Source: an uncultured Candidatus Binatia bacterium
GTDB lineage: Bacteria > Desulfobacterota > Binatia > UBA9968 > JAJDTQ01
Assembly (NCBI GenBank): GCA_964291295.2
Contig: OZ219754.1
Location: forward strand, 384,001-448,000
Reading direction: 5' to 3'
Length of the DNA: 64,000 nt
Shown: in pieces, positions 41,577-51,161 of the stretch
Numbering within the stretch: the first letter of the stretch is position 1
Layout: every line of letters begins with the position of its first letter
The notes under the pieces: generated by a model
What the model was told of the DNA's origin: nothing
The model's input: only the letters and a program-made list of their open reading frames with translations
Databases searched by the model: none
Position numbers and translations under genes: made by a program

Positions 41577-43979
41577 ATGACGCGAGCATCCGACACCTCG
41601 GAAGACGGCGCCTCCTACCTCGTCACCCTGGAAGAGATCGGCCGTTTCGTCGGCGAAGCCGAGAACCTGCAGGGATGCCTCAACAGCATCGCGGGTATCG
41701 TGGCCAAGCGGATGCAGACCGAGGTCTGCTCGGTCTACCTCCTTGATGCCGAGAACGGGCGGCTCACGTTGAGCGCCACCCGGGGCCTGGATCCGGCGGC
41801 GGTGGGACGCGTCTCCATGGTCGCCGGCGAGGGCCTCGCGGGGCTGGTGGTGGAAACGGAAGAACCCGTGATGGTCGTGGACGCCCCTTCGCATCCGCGC
41901 TTTCTGTATTTCCCGGAGACCGGCGAGGAACGGTACCACTCCTTCTTCGGCGTTCCCGTCACCGCTCAGAAAACTCCCATCGGCGTCCTGGTGGTGCAGA
42001 CCTCCCGTCCGCGCGAGTTCACCCACGAGGAGGCCCGCCTTCTCAAGGCCATTTCCGCTCAGGTCTCCACCATCATCGTGCACGCCCGGCTGGTGGATTC
42101 CCTCAAGGACAAGGAGCGCGAGCGCAAGCGGTCCCGGCGGCGCATGGTCAACGCGCTGCGGCGGCTCCGCTCCTACGAGGGAAGGGGAAAGGAGCGCACC
42201 AGCGAGCGCCCGCGGAAGTTTCGCAGCCGCCTCACCGGGCTCGCGGCCTGCCCCGGCTTCGCCCATGGCAAGGCCCACATCCTGCAGCGGCGCGTGGATC
42301 TGGGCTCCATCCAGAAGACGCACACCGGCGACCCCCGGCGCGAACTGGAGCGCTTTCGTACCGCGGCGCAACAGGCCGTGGCCCAGGTGGAAGGGATCAA
42401 GACCCGCATGATCGCCCTCATCTCCGATGAGGCGGGAGCGATCTTCGAAGTGCACCGGATGTTGTTGAACGACCCGGTGCTGAAAGGCCAGATCGAGAAA
42501 CGCATCGCCGAGGAACACCTCACCGCCTACTATGCCGTCAGCAGCATCTTTCGCAGACACATGAAGACGGTGAGCGAGGTCGGCGACCGGTACCTGAAGG
42601 AACGCACCGTGGACATCCGCGACGTGGCCCAAAGGCTGCTGGACAATCTCTCGGGCTCCGAGGAGCGCCGGCTCGTGGTTCCGGACGGAAGCGCCATCCT
42701 GGTGGCCGAAGACCTTTCTCCCGCGGACCTGGCGCTGGTCGAGGGCGACCGCTTTCAAGGTATCGTGCTGGCCACCGGCGGCGTCACCTCCCACGCGTCG
42801 CTCCTGGCCAAGTCCTTCGAGATCCCCACGGTGGTGGCGGCGGAGGGAGTGCTGGAAAGTGTCCGGAAAGAGGACTCGTTGATCGTGGACGGCAACTCCG
42901 GAGTCGTGTTCATCAATCCCAACAACGATATCGTCGGAGAGTACGAGCGGTTGGAGCGCCACTATCTCGCCGTCAACCGCGAACTCGACGAATTGCGCGA
43001 CCTGCCGGCCGAAACCACCGACGGCCACCGCGTGCGCCTGTTCGCCAACATGGGCCTGCTGACGGATATGCGGTTCGCGCAGAATCACGGCGCCGAGGGC
43101 ATCGGCCTGTACCGGACCGAGATCCCGTTCCTCGCCTATCATGACTTCCCCACCGAGGCGCAGCAGTTCGCCCTCTATCAGAAGGTGGTGGAAGGCATGG
43201 GCGGCAAGCCCGTCACCATCCGTACCCTCGATATCGGGGCGGACAAGTATCCGCCCTACGTGAGCATCGCCCGTTCCGAGCCCAATCCCTTTCTCGGATG
43301 GCGTTCCATCCGTGTATCGCTGGAGGCGTCCGAAACCTTCAAGATGCAGCTTCGCGCCATTCTGCGCGCGGGGGCGGCGGGACCGGTGCGCATGCTGATC
43401 CCCATGGTCTCCAGTCTGGAAGAAATCCTTCGGGTCAGGACCATGCTGCGGGAGGTCAAGGCCGACCTTGCGCGCGGCGGCGTGCCCTTCGACCGCGACA
43501 TGGAACTGGGAATCATGGTGGAGGTGCCCTCGGCGGTGCAGGTGGCGCACCGGCTGGTGGACGAAGTGGACTTCGTCAGTATCGGCACCAACGACCTGAT
43601 CCAGTACCTGCTGGCGGTGGACCGCGGGAATCGCAAGGTGGCCTCTCTCTACGAGCCCTTCCATCCGGCGGTCCTCGCCGCCCTCCACCAGGTCATTCGG
43701 GCGGCCAAGGACAAGGGCAAGGGCGTCGCCATGTGCGGGGAAATGGCCGGCGACCCGCTGTCGACCCTGCTGTTGATGGGCATGGGGCTCGAAGAATTCA
43801 GCATGGAGTCCCTGTCCATCCCGGTGGTCCGCAAGCTGGTGCGCTCGGTGAGCCACGAGAAGGCCATTGCCATCGGGCAGGCGGCTCTCCGCATGGACAG
43901 AGTGGACCAGATCAAACGCTACCTCTTCAGCGAAATGCGCGCCCTTGGTCTGGTGGAGTTGCTGGAGCTGTACCGCTGA
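41577..43979 (+). CDS. ptsP: GAF-domain PEP-protein phosphotransferase (EI-Ntr)
   Basis: N-terminal GAF (EVCSVYL, FPETGEE), GGVTSH phospho-His, GIGLYRTE, RTLDIGADK and SIGTNDL. Confidence 0.93.
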   Translation: MTRASDTSEDGASYLVTLEEIGRFVGEAENLQGCLNSIAGIVAKRMQTEVCSVYLLDAENGRLTLSATRGLDPAAVGRVSMVAGEGLAGLVVETEEPVMVVDAPSHPRFLYFPETGEERYHSFFGVPVTAQKTPIGVLVVQTSRPREFTHEEARLLKAISAQVSTIIVHARLVDSLKDKERERKRSRRRMVNALRRLRSYEGRGKERTSERPRKFRSRLTGLAACPGFAHGKAHILQRRVDLGSIQKTHTGDPRRELERFRTAAQQAVAQVEGIKTRMIALISDEAGAIFEVHRMLLNDPVLKGQIEKRIAEEHLTAYYAVSSIFRRHMKTVSEVGDRYLKERTVDIRDVAQRLLDNLSGSEERRLVVPDGSAILVAEDLSPADLALVEGDRFQGIVLATGGVTSHASLLAKSFEIPTVVAAEGVLESVRKEDSLIVDGNSGVVFINPNNDIVGEYERLERHYLAVNRELDELRDLPAETTDGHRVRLFANMGLLTDMRFAQNHGAEGIGLYRTEIPFLAYHDFPTEAQQFALYQKVVEGMGGKPVTIRTLDIGADKYPPYVSIARSEPNPFLGWRSIRVSLEASETFKMQLRAILRAGAAGPVRMLIPMVSSLEEILRVRTMLREVKADLARGGVPFDRDMELGIMVEVPSAVQVAHRLVDEVDFVSIGTNDLIQYLLAVDRGNRKVASLYEPFHPAVLAALHQVIRAAKDKGKGVAMCGEMAGDPLSTLLLMGMGLEEFSMESLSIPVVRKLVRSVSHEKAIAIGQAALRMDRVDQIKRYLFSEMRALGLVELLELYR

Positions 43980-44126
43980 CCGGCACTGTTCCGGGCTCCG
44001 CTCTCCGCCGGGACCGGCGACGGAATGACAACCCCTCCCGCCTGTTGACACCCTGCCCCGAACCGCTCCGTTCCGGCAACCCTCCCAAGTGCGGGTGGGG
44101 TCTTCACTATCCAGCCCGTCCACACC

Positions 44127-44906
44127 TTGGCATGGCCGTTGCCTTCATGTCCGTTCATGAAGGATCGTCCACCCGCAGCCAAGGCGCCGGCATATCCGGC
44201 CGTGAAGCCGGACGACTCCGCCGAGGATGTCGTCACCCAATACCTGCCCATGGTCGAACGCATGGCCCGCCACCTTCATCGCCGGCTGCCCGACGGCTAC
44301 GACCTCCATGCGCTGGTCAACTCCGGCGTGGTGGGTCTGCTCGAGGCCCTGGAGCGGTATGATCCCGAGCGGCGCGTCTCGTTCCATGTCTACGCCAGGC
44401 ACCGCATCCACGGGGAGATGATCCAGTGCCTGCGATCCCTGGACTGGGTCAGCCGATCGATGCGGGCCTGGGGGCGCCGGGTCGCGGCCGTGCGCCGGCG
44501 GCTTTCCGAAGACCTCTGCCGGGAGGCCACTTCGGAGGAGACGGCAAAGGAGTTGGAGATGCCGTTGGAAACCTACCACAAGATGAACTACCGGGCCGGA
44601 GAACACGGACGGTTGAGCCTGGATGACCCGTCCTGCGGCGGAGCGGACGTCATCCTGGACGGGTCGGATTCGGGACAGGGAATCTACCAGGACCCCCTCG
44701 CCTGCGTGGAACGCCGGGACCTGGTCGAGAAACTCGAACGGGCGGTGGCGCGGCTGCCCGAACGGGAGCGTGTGGTGGTGAATCTGCGCCACTACCAGGA
44801 GCTCAAGTTCAGGGAGATCGGAGAAGGACTGGGACTGACGGAAGCACGGATCTGTCAGATCTACGTGCAGGCACGCAAGCGGTTGCGGAAGGCCCTCGAC
44901 GATTGA
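44127..44906 (+). CDS. FliA/WhiG (sigma28-type) RNA polymerase sigma factor (start may be ~44157)
   Basis: GLLEALERYDPER, YARHRIHGEM...LRSLDWVSRS and a region-4 HTH ELKFREIG..LGLTEARICQI. Confidence 0.85.
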   Translation: MAWPLPSCPFMKDRPPAAKAPAYPAVKPDDSAEDVVTQYLPMVERMARHLHRRLPDGYDLHALVNSGVVGLLEALERYDPERRVSFHVYARHRIHGEMIQCLRSLDWVSRSMRAWGRRVAAVRRRLSEDLCREATSEETAKELEMPLETYHKMNYRAGEHGRLSLDDPSCGGADVILDGSDSGQGIYQDPLACVERRDLVEKLERAVARLPERERVVVNLRHYQELKFREIGEGLGLTEARICQIYVQARKRLRKALDD

Positions 44907-44923
44907 CCGGTGAACGGATGCGG

Positions 44924-46291
44924 TCAGCCTCCGGCCCGGATGGCGGCGATCTCGTCCATGATCACCTGCCGCCTCGGGGAATCGGAAGGGTATTGCTGCG
45001 CCGCCCGCTCCAGGGAATCGATGGCCTTTCCGGACTCGTCTCGCAGCAGGTACGCCTGCGCCAGATAGTAGTGGGCTTTTCCGGGCTGATTCAGCTTGCG
45101 GTAGGCATGGCCGAGCCTGCGGGCGGCCTCGGGCCAGAAGGGCGCAAGTTGGCGCAGCCTCAGATACGAGCGCGCCGCCTGCCGGAACCGCGACTCCTTC
45201 TCGAAGAGCCACCCTCTGTACAGGTGAGTGACGCGATCGTCCGGTTCACGCTCCAACATCCGGTCGAAGGCGGCATGGGCCTTGGCGAACTCTTCGGTGT
45301 GGATGTACGCCCGACCCAGGTCCCGGTCCAGTTTCGGGGGAGGCGACGGCAAACGGGATGCCTTTTCGAACATGTCCCGGGCACGGACCCACCGGCCGGT
45401 GGCGGCATACCCGATTCCCAGGGAGTGGGCCGGCCCGGCCGCCTGCGGGCGGCTCTCATGCGCCTTCCTCAACCGCTCGACCACCTCCTCCGGCCTCCTT
45501 CCCAACTCGATCAGCAGCTTGACCCGCTCGATGTCGTCCCTGCCCCTGAAACGCGGGCGCGTGAGTCCCAGCGCGCGGATCGACGCCGTCAGATTGGCGA
45601 TGCGCTTCTGGGTCAAGGGATGGGTCATCAGATAGGAGGGTCTCCCGACCGGATTGAGGAGCCGTTCGCGATACATCCTCTGCATGAAGGACACCGCGGC
45701 CTCGGGATCATAGCCCGCGCGCGCCAGATAGCCGACGCCGAGATTGTCCGCCTGCTCCTCCATCTGCCGGCTGAACTCCAGCCGCCGGGTCATGGCGACG
45801 GCCGGGCCGGCAAGGGCGACCGGCCCCACGACGGGAGCCAGGAACACTCCGAGCATTCCCACCAGCATGGCCGCGTCCGCGTCGGCAAGCAGCGCGGAGA
45901 AGTGCCGGGCGTTGATGTGGACGATCTCGTGAGCCACCACCGATGCCAGCTCGTCCACGGTCTCCACCTGCTGTATGAGGCCCGAATTGATGAAGATACT
46001 GCCCCCCGGCACCGCAAAGGCATTCATGGAGGGGTCTTCCATGACGAAGAACCGGTATGGATAGCGCACGTTGCCCATGGCGTCGAGGATACGCCGGCCG
46101 ATGCGGTCGACATACAGCTCGATCTCGGGATCCTCGATGAACTTGTAGCGTCGCCGCGCCTCCCGGCGCATCTGGCGGCTGATGCGAATCTCCTCGTCCT
46201 GGGAAAGGGCAAGGGCGGGAGGCACATGGAAAGAGGCGGCGGCATGGCACAAGAGCAGCACCACGGCCCAGCAGTGGAGGGCTTTCCGCAT
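44924..46291 (-). CDS. M48 zinc metalloprotease with TPR repeats (BepA/YfgC-like)
   Basis: NAFAVPGG, HEIVH (HExxH), FSRQMEEQAD, YLMTHP and C-terminal TPRs. Confidence 0.9.
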   Translation of the reverse strand: MRKALHCWAVVLLLCHAAASFHVPPALALSQDEEIRISRQMRREARRRYKFIEDPEIELYVDRIGRRILDAMGNVRYPYRFFVMEDPSMNAFAVPGGSIFINSGLIQQVETVDELASVVAHEIVHINARHFSALLADADAAMLVGMLGVFLAPVVGPVALAGPAVAMTRRLEFSRQMEEQADNLGVGYLARAGYDPEAAVSFMQRMYRERLLNPVGRPSYLMTHPLTQKRIANLTASIRALGLTRPRFRGRDDIERVKLLIELGRRPEEVVERLRKAHESRPQAAGPAHSLGIGYAATGRWVRARDMFEKASRLPSPPPKLDRDLGRAYIHTEEFAKAHAAFDRMLEREPDDRVTHLYRGWLFEKESRFRQAARSYLRLRQLAPFWPEAARRLGHAYRKLNQPGKAHYYLAQAYLLRDESGKAIDSLERAAQQYPSDSPRRQVIMDEIAAIRAGG

Positions 46292-46365
46292 GCCTCAGAG
46301 TTTATCCGACACCCCGGGGCCGGTCAATGCGCGGCGCACCGAGGCGGCGGCGGCGGCCCGGATCC

Positions 46366-48450
46366 TCAATCGAGCCCCAACCAGGCGAACAGGGCGCCGG
46401 GCGGGAACGGCAGATGGAGGAGGAGGTCGAAGATGCCGGCGAAGAACGCGTAGGCCACCGCCGTCAGGATGACGGTGATGCGCCAGCCTTCACGGGCACC
46501 GAACTTGAGGTAGAGGAAGGTCGCCACCAGTGACGACCACACGAATCCGATCAACCAGATGGAGACGAAGAATCCCACCACCCAGGCGCTGATGGCCAAG
46601 GTGCGCCGGCGCGTTTCCTCCGGGGAGACCTCCTCTGCCGCCTCCTCCACCCCCTCTTCTCCGTGCACCACGGTCCTGGAGGTGGTGGCGATCTCTTTCG
46701 CGAAAACCGCCAGGCTGATGAAGAACGCCGGCAGGCCGATGATCAACGGGAACAGGGCCGCGCGCTCCTCATCGGCACCGAAGCCGAAGAAGCACTCGCG
46801 CAGAACGTAGGCGAACACCGCGACGAAGCACAGGGCGAAAACGCCGTAGGCCACGCGATCCTGATACGCGACCGTCTCGACGGTCTTGACGACCCCGGGA
46901 ACCTCGAACCTGGCCTCGTGCCGCTCGATCCGTTTCTTCTCCCGGTAGGCCTGGAACATGGGATAGAACAACCCGGCGAGAATCAGCGCCGAGATCAGCA
47001 GCACGCCCGGCCGCAGCAGGAAGCCGGCCCCGTAGACCTTGGTGGCGATGAACAGATTGTTTTCCGCAATGCCGCCCAGCACCAGCCCCAGCAGAAGCGG
47101 CGGCCGCTGCCAGTCGAACCGGACCATCAGCCAGCCCACCGCACCGAAGATCAGCACCATGACCATGTCGCCGAAGGCGTTGTTGACGGCGAAGCCGCCC
47201 AGGTAGATCAACAACAGAAGAAACGGGATCAGGAAGGTGCCCTTGACGAACGTGATACGCGCGAGCTGGTTCAGGAACAGCAGGCACACCGCCACGGTGA
47301 TGATGTTGGAGACGACGATGATCCAGACGAACGAGAACGTGAGGTTCAGGTGCTTGGCCGGATCAAGCAGGTCCGGTCCGGGGACGATGCCCTGAATGAT
47401 GAACGCTCCCAGCAGGATGGCCATGGAAACACTGCCCGGCACCCCGAAGGCGATGGTCGGAACCAGCGAGCCGCCCTCCTTGGAGTTGTTGGCCGCACCG
47501 GGTCCGAGAACGCCTTCGATGGCGCCCTTGCCGAAACGGTCCTTGTCGCCGGGGGAGCTCTGCACCGCATGGGCATAGGCCACCCACTGGGCCGGTCCGC
47601 CGCCCAGTCCCGGGATGAGACCGATGTAGGAGCCGATGGCGCTGCAGGTCAGCACCAGCTTCCAGTGGCGGAAGGTATCGACGATGCCCTGCATGACGCC
47701 GCCGAGCTTGCCCGTGCTCTGGCGGGCGATGCTCGATCCCTGAACCGACAGATCGATGATCTCGGGAATGGCGAACAGGCCCACGGTGACGGACACCAGC
47801 GACAGGCCGTCCCACAGAAAGAGCGACGCATCCTCCCCGATGACGGGTTCGAGCGTAAAGCGCGGGACGCTTTCGATGGGATCCAGACCGACGGTGGAAA
47901 GCACCAGCCCGACGGCGCCGGTGCACAACCCCTTGAGGATGTTGCCGCCGCTCAGGGAGGCCACGAAGGTAATCCCCAGAAGGGCCAGCATGAAGAACTC
48001 GGAGGAGCCGATGGACAGCACCAGCGGCTGGACGATGGGTATCGCCAAGGCCAGGGCGAAGGCGCCGAAGATGGCGCCCACCAGGGAACTCATCAGCGCC
48101 GCGCCCAGGGCGCGGCCGGCCTCTCCCTTTTTCGCCATGGGATGGCCGTCGACGATGGTGGCGGCGGTGATGCCCTCTCCCGGCACCCCGAAAAGGATCG
48201 ACGTGATGTCTCCCGTGGTGGCGGTCACCGCGTTGGAGCCCAGCAGGAATGCGAACGCGGTGGTGGGATCCATCTTGTAGATGAAGGGCAGCATGAGCGC
48301 CAGCGTCGTGGCACCGCCGAGCCCCGGCAGGATTCCCACGACAAACCCGATGGCGATGCCGATGAGCATGAACAGGAACGGATCCTGTCCGGCGGCGGAG
48401 AACGGCAGAATGTTGGCGAGTCCGATATAGAAGGCGTGAAAGGTGTCCAT
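46366..48450 (-). CDS. tctA: Tripartite tricarboxylate transporter TctA with fused C-terminal TctB-like domain
   Basis: GILPGLGG, ILFGVPG, GAANNSKEGG and FGVPGS, plus an extra ~170-aa 4-TM C-terminus ending FDLLLHLPFPPG. Confidence 0.85.
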   Translation of the reverse strand: MDTFHAFYIGLANILPFSAAGQDPFLFMLIGIAIGFVVGILPGLGGATTLALMLPFIYKMDPTTAFAFLLGSNAVTATTGDITSILFGVPGEGITAATIVDGHPMAKKGEAGRALGAALMSSLVGAIFGAFALALAIPIVQPLVLSIGSSEFFMLALLGITFVASLSGGNILKGLCTGAVGLVLSTVGLDPIESVPRFTLEPVIGEDASLFLWDGLSLVSVTVGLFAIPEIIDLSVQGSSIARQSTGKLGGVMQGIVDTFRHWKLVLTCSAIGSYIGLIPGLGGGPAQWVAYAHAVQSSPGDKDRFGKGAIEGVLGPGAANNSKEGGSLVPTIAFGVPGSVSMAILLGAFIIQGIVPGPDLLDPAKHLNLTFSFVWIIVVSNIITVAVCLLFLNQLARITFVKGTFLIPFLLLLIYLGGFAVNNAFGDMVMVLIFGAVGWLMVRFDWQRPPLLLGLVLGGIAENNLFIATKVYGAGFLLRPGVLLISALILAGLFYPMFQAYREKKRIERHEARFEVPGVVKTVETVAYQDRVAYGVFALCFVAVFAYVLRECFFGFGADEERAALFPLIIGLPAFFISLAVFAKEIATTSRTVVHGEEGVEEAAEEVSPEETRRRTLAISAWVVGFFVSIWLIGFVWSSLVATFLYLKFGAREGWRITVILTAVAYAFFAGIFDLLLHLPFPPGALFAWLGLD

Positions 48451-48600
48451 GCGTTCGTTCTCTGGGCGTCAGGTGTCCGTCAGGTGTCTTGACGAGAGGG
48501 GAGGGCCTTGCGGCGACAACGGCCGCTTGGTGGCAGTCAACGGCGGCTTGGCGGTAACGTCTTGATATGTATCGGGATAGCGTCCGTTTTGAAACGTGCC

Positions 48601-48629
48601 TTTATGGCCCAAAACCCCCGACGTGTCAA
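48601..48629 (-). promoter_or_regulatory. Putative sigma70 promoter TTGACA-N17-CATAAA for tctA
   Basis: Perfect -35 with a 17-bp spacer on the minus strand. Confidence 0.6.
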
Positions 48630-48650
48630 GCCGGCGGCGCGGCCCGGGGC

Positions 48651-49085
48651 TCAACCCTCCTCGCCGGCCAGCGACGCATAGCTGGTGCCCTCGCCATTCT
48701 CCTGGCTCACCGGCAGACCCAGCCCCGCCCAGCCCTCGGCCAGCACATGCCCGTAGGGGTCGATCATGCCGCCGAAGCCGCCGCGCACGCTGGCTACGTC
48801 CCGGTAGCCCCGCTGCTCCAGGAGATTGGCGGCATTGTTGGACCGGGGACCCGCCTTGCATCCCAGCAGCAGCTTCCGACCCGTGGTGAAATGCCGTTCC
48901 ACCACCTCGATGAAATCCGGGTTGAACACCATGCCCCGGGCCGGATCATGAAGCGCGACCGGGATGTTGACCGCCCCCTCGGGGTGGCCGGCGGTGAACT
49001 CCTCCACCGTGCGCACATCGATGTAGACGGTGCCGGCATCCTGCCGTAACGTGTCATAGGCTTCCTGCGGCGAGATCTCCTTCAC
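48651..49085 (-). CDS. Rhodanese-like protein
   Basis: IDVRTVEEFTAGHPEGAVNIP, active-site loop GCKAGPRS and VRGG. Confidence 0.88.
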   Translation of the reverse strand: MKEISPQEAYDTLRQDAGTVYIDVRTVEEFTAGHPEGAVNIPVALHDPARGMVFNPDFIEVVERHFTTGRKLLLGCKAGPRSNNAANLLEQRGYRDVASVRGGFGGMIDPYGHVLAEGWAGLGLPVSQENGEGTSYASLAGEEG

Positions 49086-49138
49086 GCTCTCCCCCTCGTG
49101 GTCCCGTTCGCTTCCCGAACCATGCGCCACGCGCCGGT

Positions 49139-49912
49139 TCACATCCCCATCACGTTGTAGCCGGCGTCGACGTGGAGCGTTTCGCCCGTCACGCCGCTGC
49201 CCAGGTCGCTCGCCAGATAGACCGCGGTCCTGCCGATATCGGCGGGGTCCACATTGCGCCTGAGCGGCGCCCGCTCGCTGACATGGTGCAGCATGTCCCG
49301 GAACCCGGCGATGCCGGAGGCGGCCAGGGTCTTCACCGGACCGGCCGAGATGGCGTTGACCCGTATGCCCTCCGGGCCGAGATCGTGGGCCAGGTAGCGG
49401 ACGCTGGCTTCCAGGGCCGCCTTGGCCACACCCATGACATTGTAGTTGGGGACCACCTTCTCGGACCCCATGTAGGTCAGCGTCACCACTGCGCCGCCGC
49501 GTCCCTTCATGAGCGGGGCGGCATGACGCGTGAGCGCCACCAGCGAATAGCTGCTGATGTCCAGGGCGGTGTGAAACCCCTCACGGCCGGTCTGCACGTA
49601 CGGCCGGGACAGGTCTTCCTTTCTGGCCCAGGCGATGGCGTGCACCAGGATGTCGAGGCCGCCCCACTTGCGCCCGACGGCTTCGAAGACCGCCTCGATC
49701 TCCTCGTCCCGGGTGACGTCGCACGGCAGGACGATGTCCGAGCCGATGCCCTCGGCCAGGGGCCGGACACGCTTCTCCAGCACTTCGCCGGCATAGGTGA
49801 AGGCCAACTCCGCGCCCTGGGCATGCAGTTCCCGCGCCACCCCCCAGGCAATGCTCCGGTCGTTGGCCACGCCGAAGATCAGTGCCTTCCTGCCGTCAAC
49901 GATTCCCGCCAT
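49139..49912 (-). CDS. fabI: Enoyl-ACP reductase
   Basis: [29 protein letters not shown] and [10 protein letters not shown]. Confidence 0.95.
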   Translation of the reverse strand: MAGIVDGRKALIFGVANDRSIAWGVARELHAQGAELAFTYAGEVLEKRVRPLAEGIGSDIVLPCDVTRDEEIEAVFEAVGRKWGGLDILVHAIAWARKEDLSRPYVQTGREGFHTALDISSYSLVALTRHAAPLMKGRGGAVVTLTYMGSEKVVPNYNVMGVAKAALEASVRYLAHDLGPEGIRVNAISAGPVKTLAASGIAGFRDMLHHVSERAPLRRNVDPADIGRTAVYLASDLGSGVTGETLHVDAGYNVMGM

Positions 49913-49960
49913 TTCGGACTCCCCCTTGGGGCGGTGGATCCGCCGCCGCGCCGCGTGGGT

Positions 49961-50551
49961 CTACCTGAGTCCCCTCTGCCAGAGGTACTCCGTCTCCCCC
50001 AGATGCTTGCCCACCCATCGTCCGAGGACGAAGAAGAAATCGCTCAACCGGTTGACATACCTGAGCGGCCACGCGCCGACCTTCTCGGTCCGCGACAGCC
50101 GCAGGATCTCCCGCTCCGCCCGCCGGCACACCGTCCTGCACTGATGGAGCTGCGCGCTGACGCGGCCGCCCCCTGGAAGGATGAACGACTTGAGCGGCGC
50201 CAGCTCTTTCTGGCAGTCATCGATGGCGCGTTCGAGGCGTGTCACCTCTTCCGCACCCACCCGGTGCATGCCCTCGTACGTGAAGTCCTCCGGGGTCGCC
50301 AACTCGCTGCCCAGATCGAAAAGCTCCTGCTGGACGTCCTGGAGCATGGCGTCGAGCCTGAGGCGCAGCGTACGGTCCCCCCGGCCCTGGTCGTTCCAGG
50401 CCCGCGCCAGCCCGACCACGGCGTTGAGCTCGTCGACGGCACCGCAGGCTTCGATACGGACAGCGTCCTTTGGAACCCGCTTTCCCCCGACCAGCGCGGT
50501 CATGCCGTCATCGCCGGTACGGGTATAGACGCGGTTGATTCTGATGGCCAT
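49961..50551 (-). CDS. pduO: PduO-type ATP:cob(I)alamin adenosyltransferase
   Basis: VYTRTGDDG, GAVDELN, FILPGG, RTVCRRAER and NRLSD. Confidence 0.92.
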   Translation of the reverse strand: MAIRINRVYTRTGDDGMTALVGGKRVPKDAVRIEACGAVDELNAVVGLARAWNDQGRGDRTLRLRLDAMLQDVQQELFDLGSELATPEDFTYEGMHRVGAEEVTRLERAIDDCQKELAPLKSFILPGGGRVSAQLHQCRTVCRRAEREILRLSRTEKVGAWPLRYVNRLSDFFFVLGRWVGKHLGETEYLWQRGLR

Positions 50552-50689
50552 TCCGGAACCCTTCGTTCACACGCGGACCAGCCTATCGGTTCAAGGGTTG
50601 AAAGCCAAATCGCCGTGCCGCCGGCCCCGCCGAACCCCCCTGTTTTGTTCGATCACCGGAGATGATAGGAGGAAAGGCAGGAGGAAAAG

Positions 50690-51154
50690 GTGATGTGGAG
50701 GACGACGCCGCTCTGCCGCAGCCTGTTCCTGCCGGCGTGGCTGAGCCTGCTGGGCCTGACCGCGCTTTCCGGCTGCATTCGCGAGGAAGAGATGCGGATG
50801 GTCTATGCCCAACGCTGCGCCAGTTGCCACGGCCCCGGCGGCCTTGGCGACGGGCCCATCGCCAAGGCGCTTTCCGCCAAGGTGCCGGATTTCCGCGACA
50901 CCGTCTCCAACCGCGACGTCTTCGAGATCCGCCGGATCATCAAGAAGGGCAAGGGCATCATGCCCGCCTTCGAGCCCGCCCTGGAAAAGTACCAGATCCA
51001 GGACATGGTGCGGATGGTCCGGGTATTGAGCATGGAGGGGCGCGACCTGAAGTGGTGGGAGCAGTTCGAGCCCCTTGTCTGGGCCCACTGCTCGGTCCCT
51101 TGGCAGTACGTGTACGGCGTCGGCGCCCCTGCCGGGAAGGGCGGCCGGTCGTGA
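50690..51154 (+). CDS. Monoheme cytochrome c, probable lipoprotein
   Basis: Lipobox LSGC, CASCH heme motif and distal MPAF. Confidence 0.85.
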   Translation: MMWRTTPLCRSLFLPAWLSLLGLTALSGCIREEEMRMVYAQRCASCHGPGGLGDGPIAKALSAKVPDFRDTVSNRDVFEIRRIIKKGKGIMPAFEPALEKYQIQDMVRMVRVLSMEGRDLKWWEQFEPLVWAHCSVPWQYVYGVGAPAGKGGRS

Positions 51155-51161
51155 CACTCCA

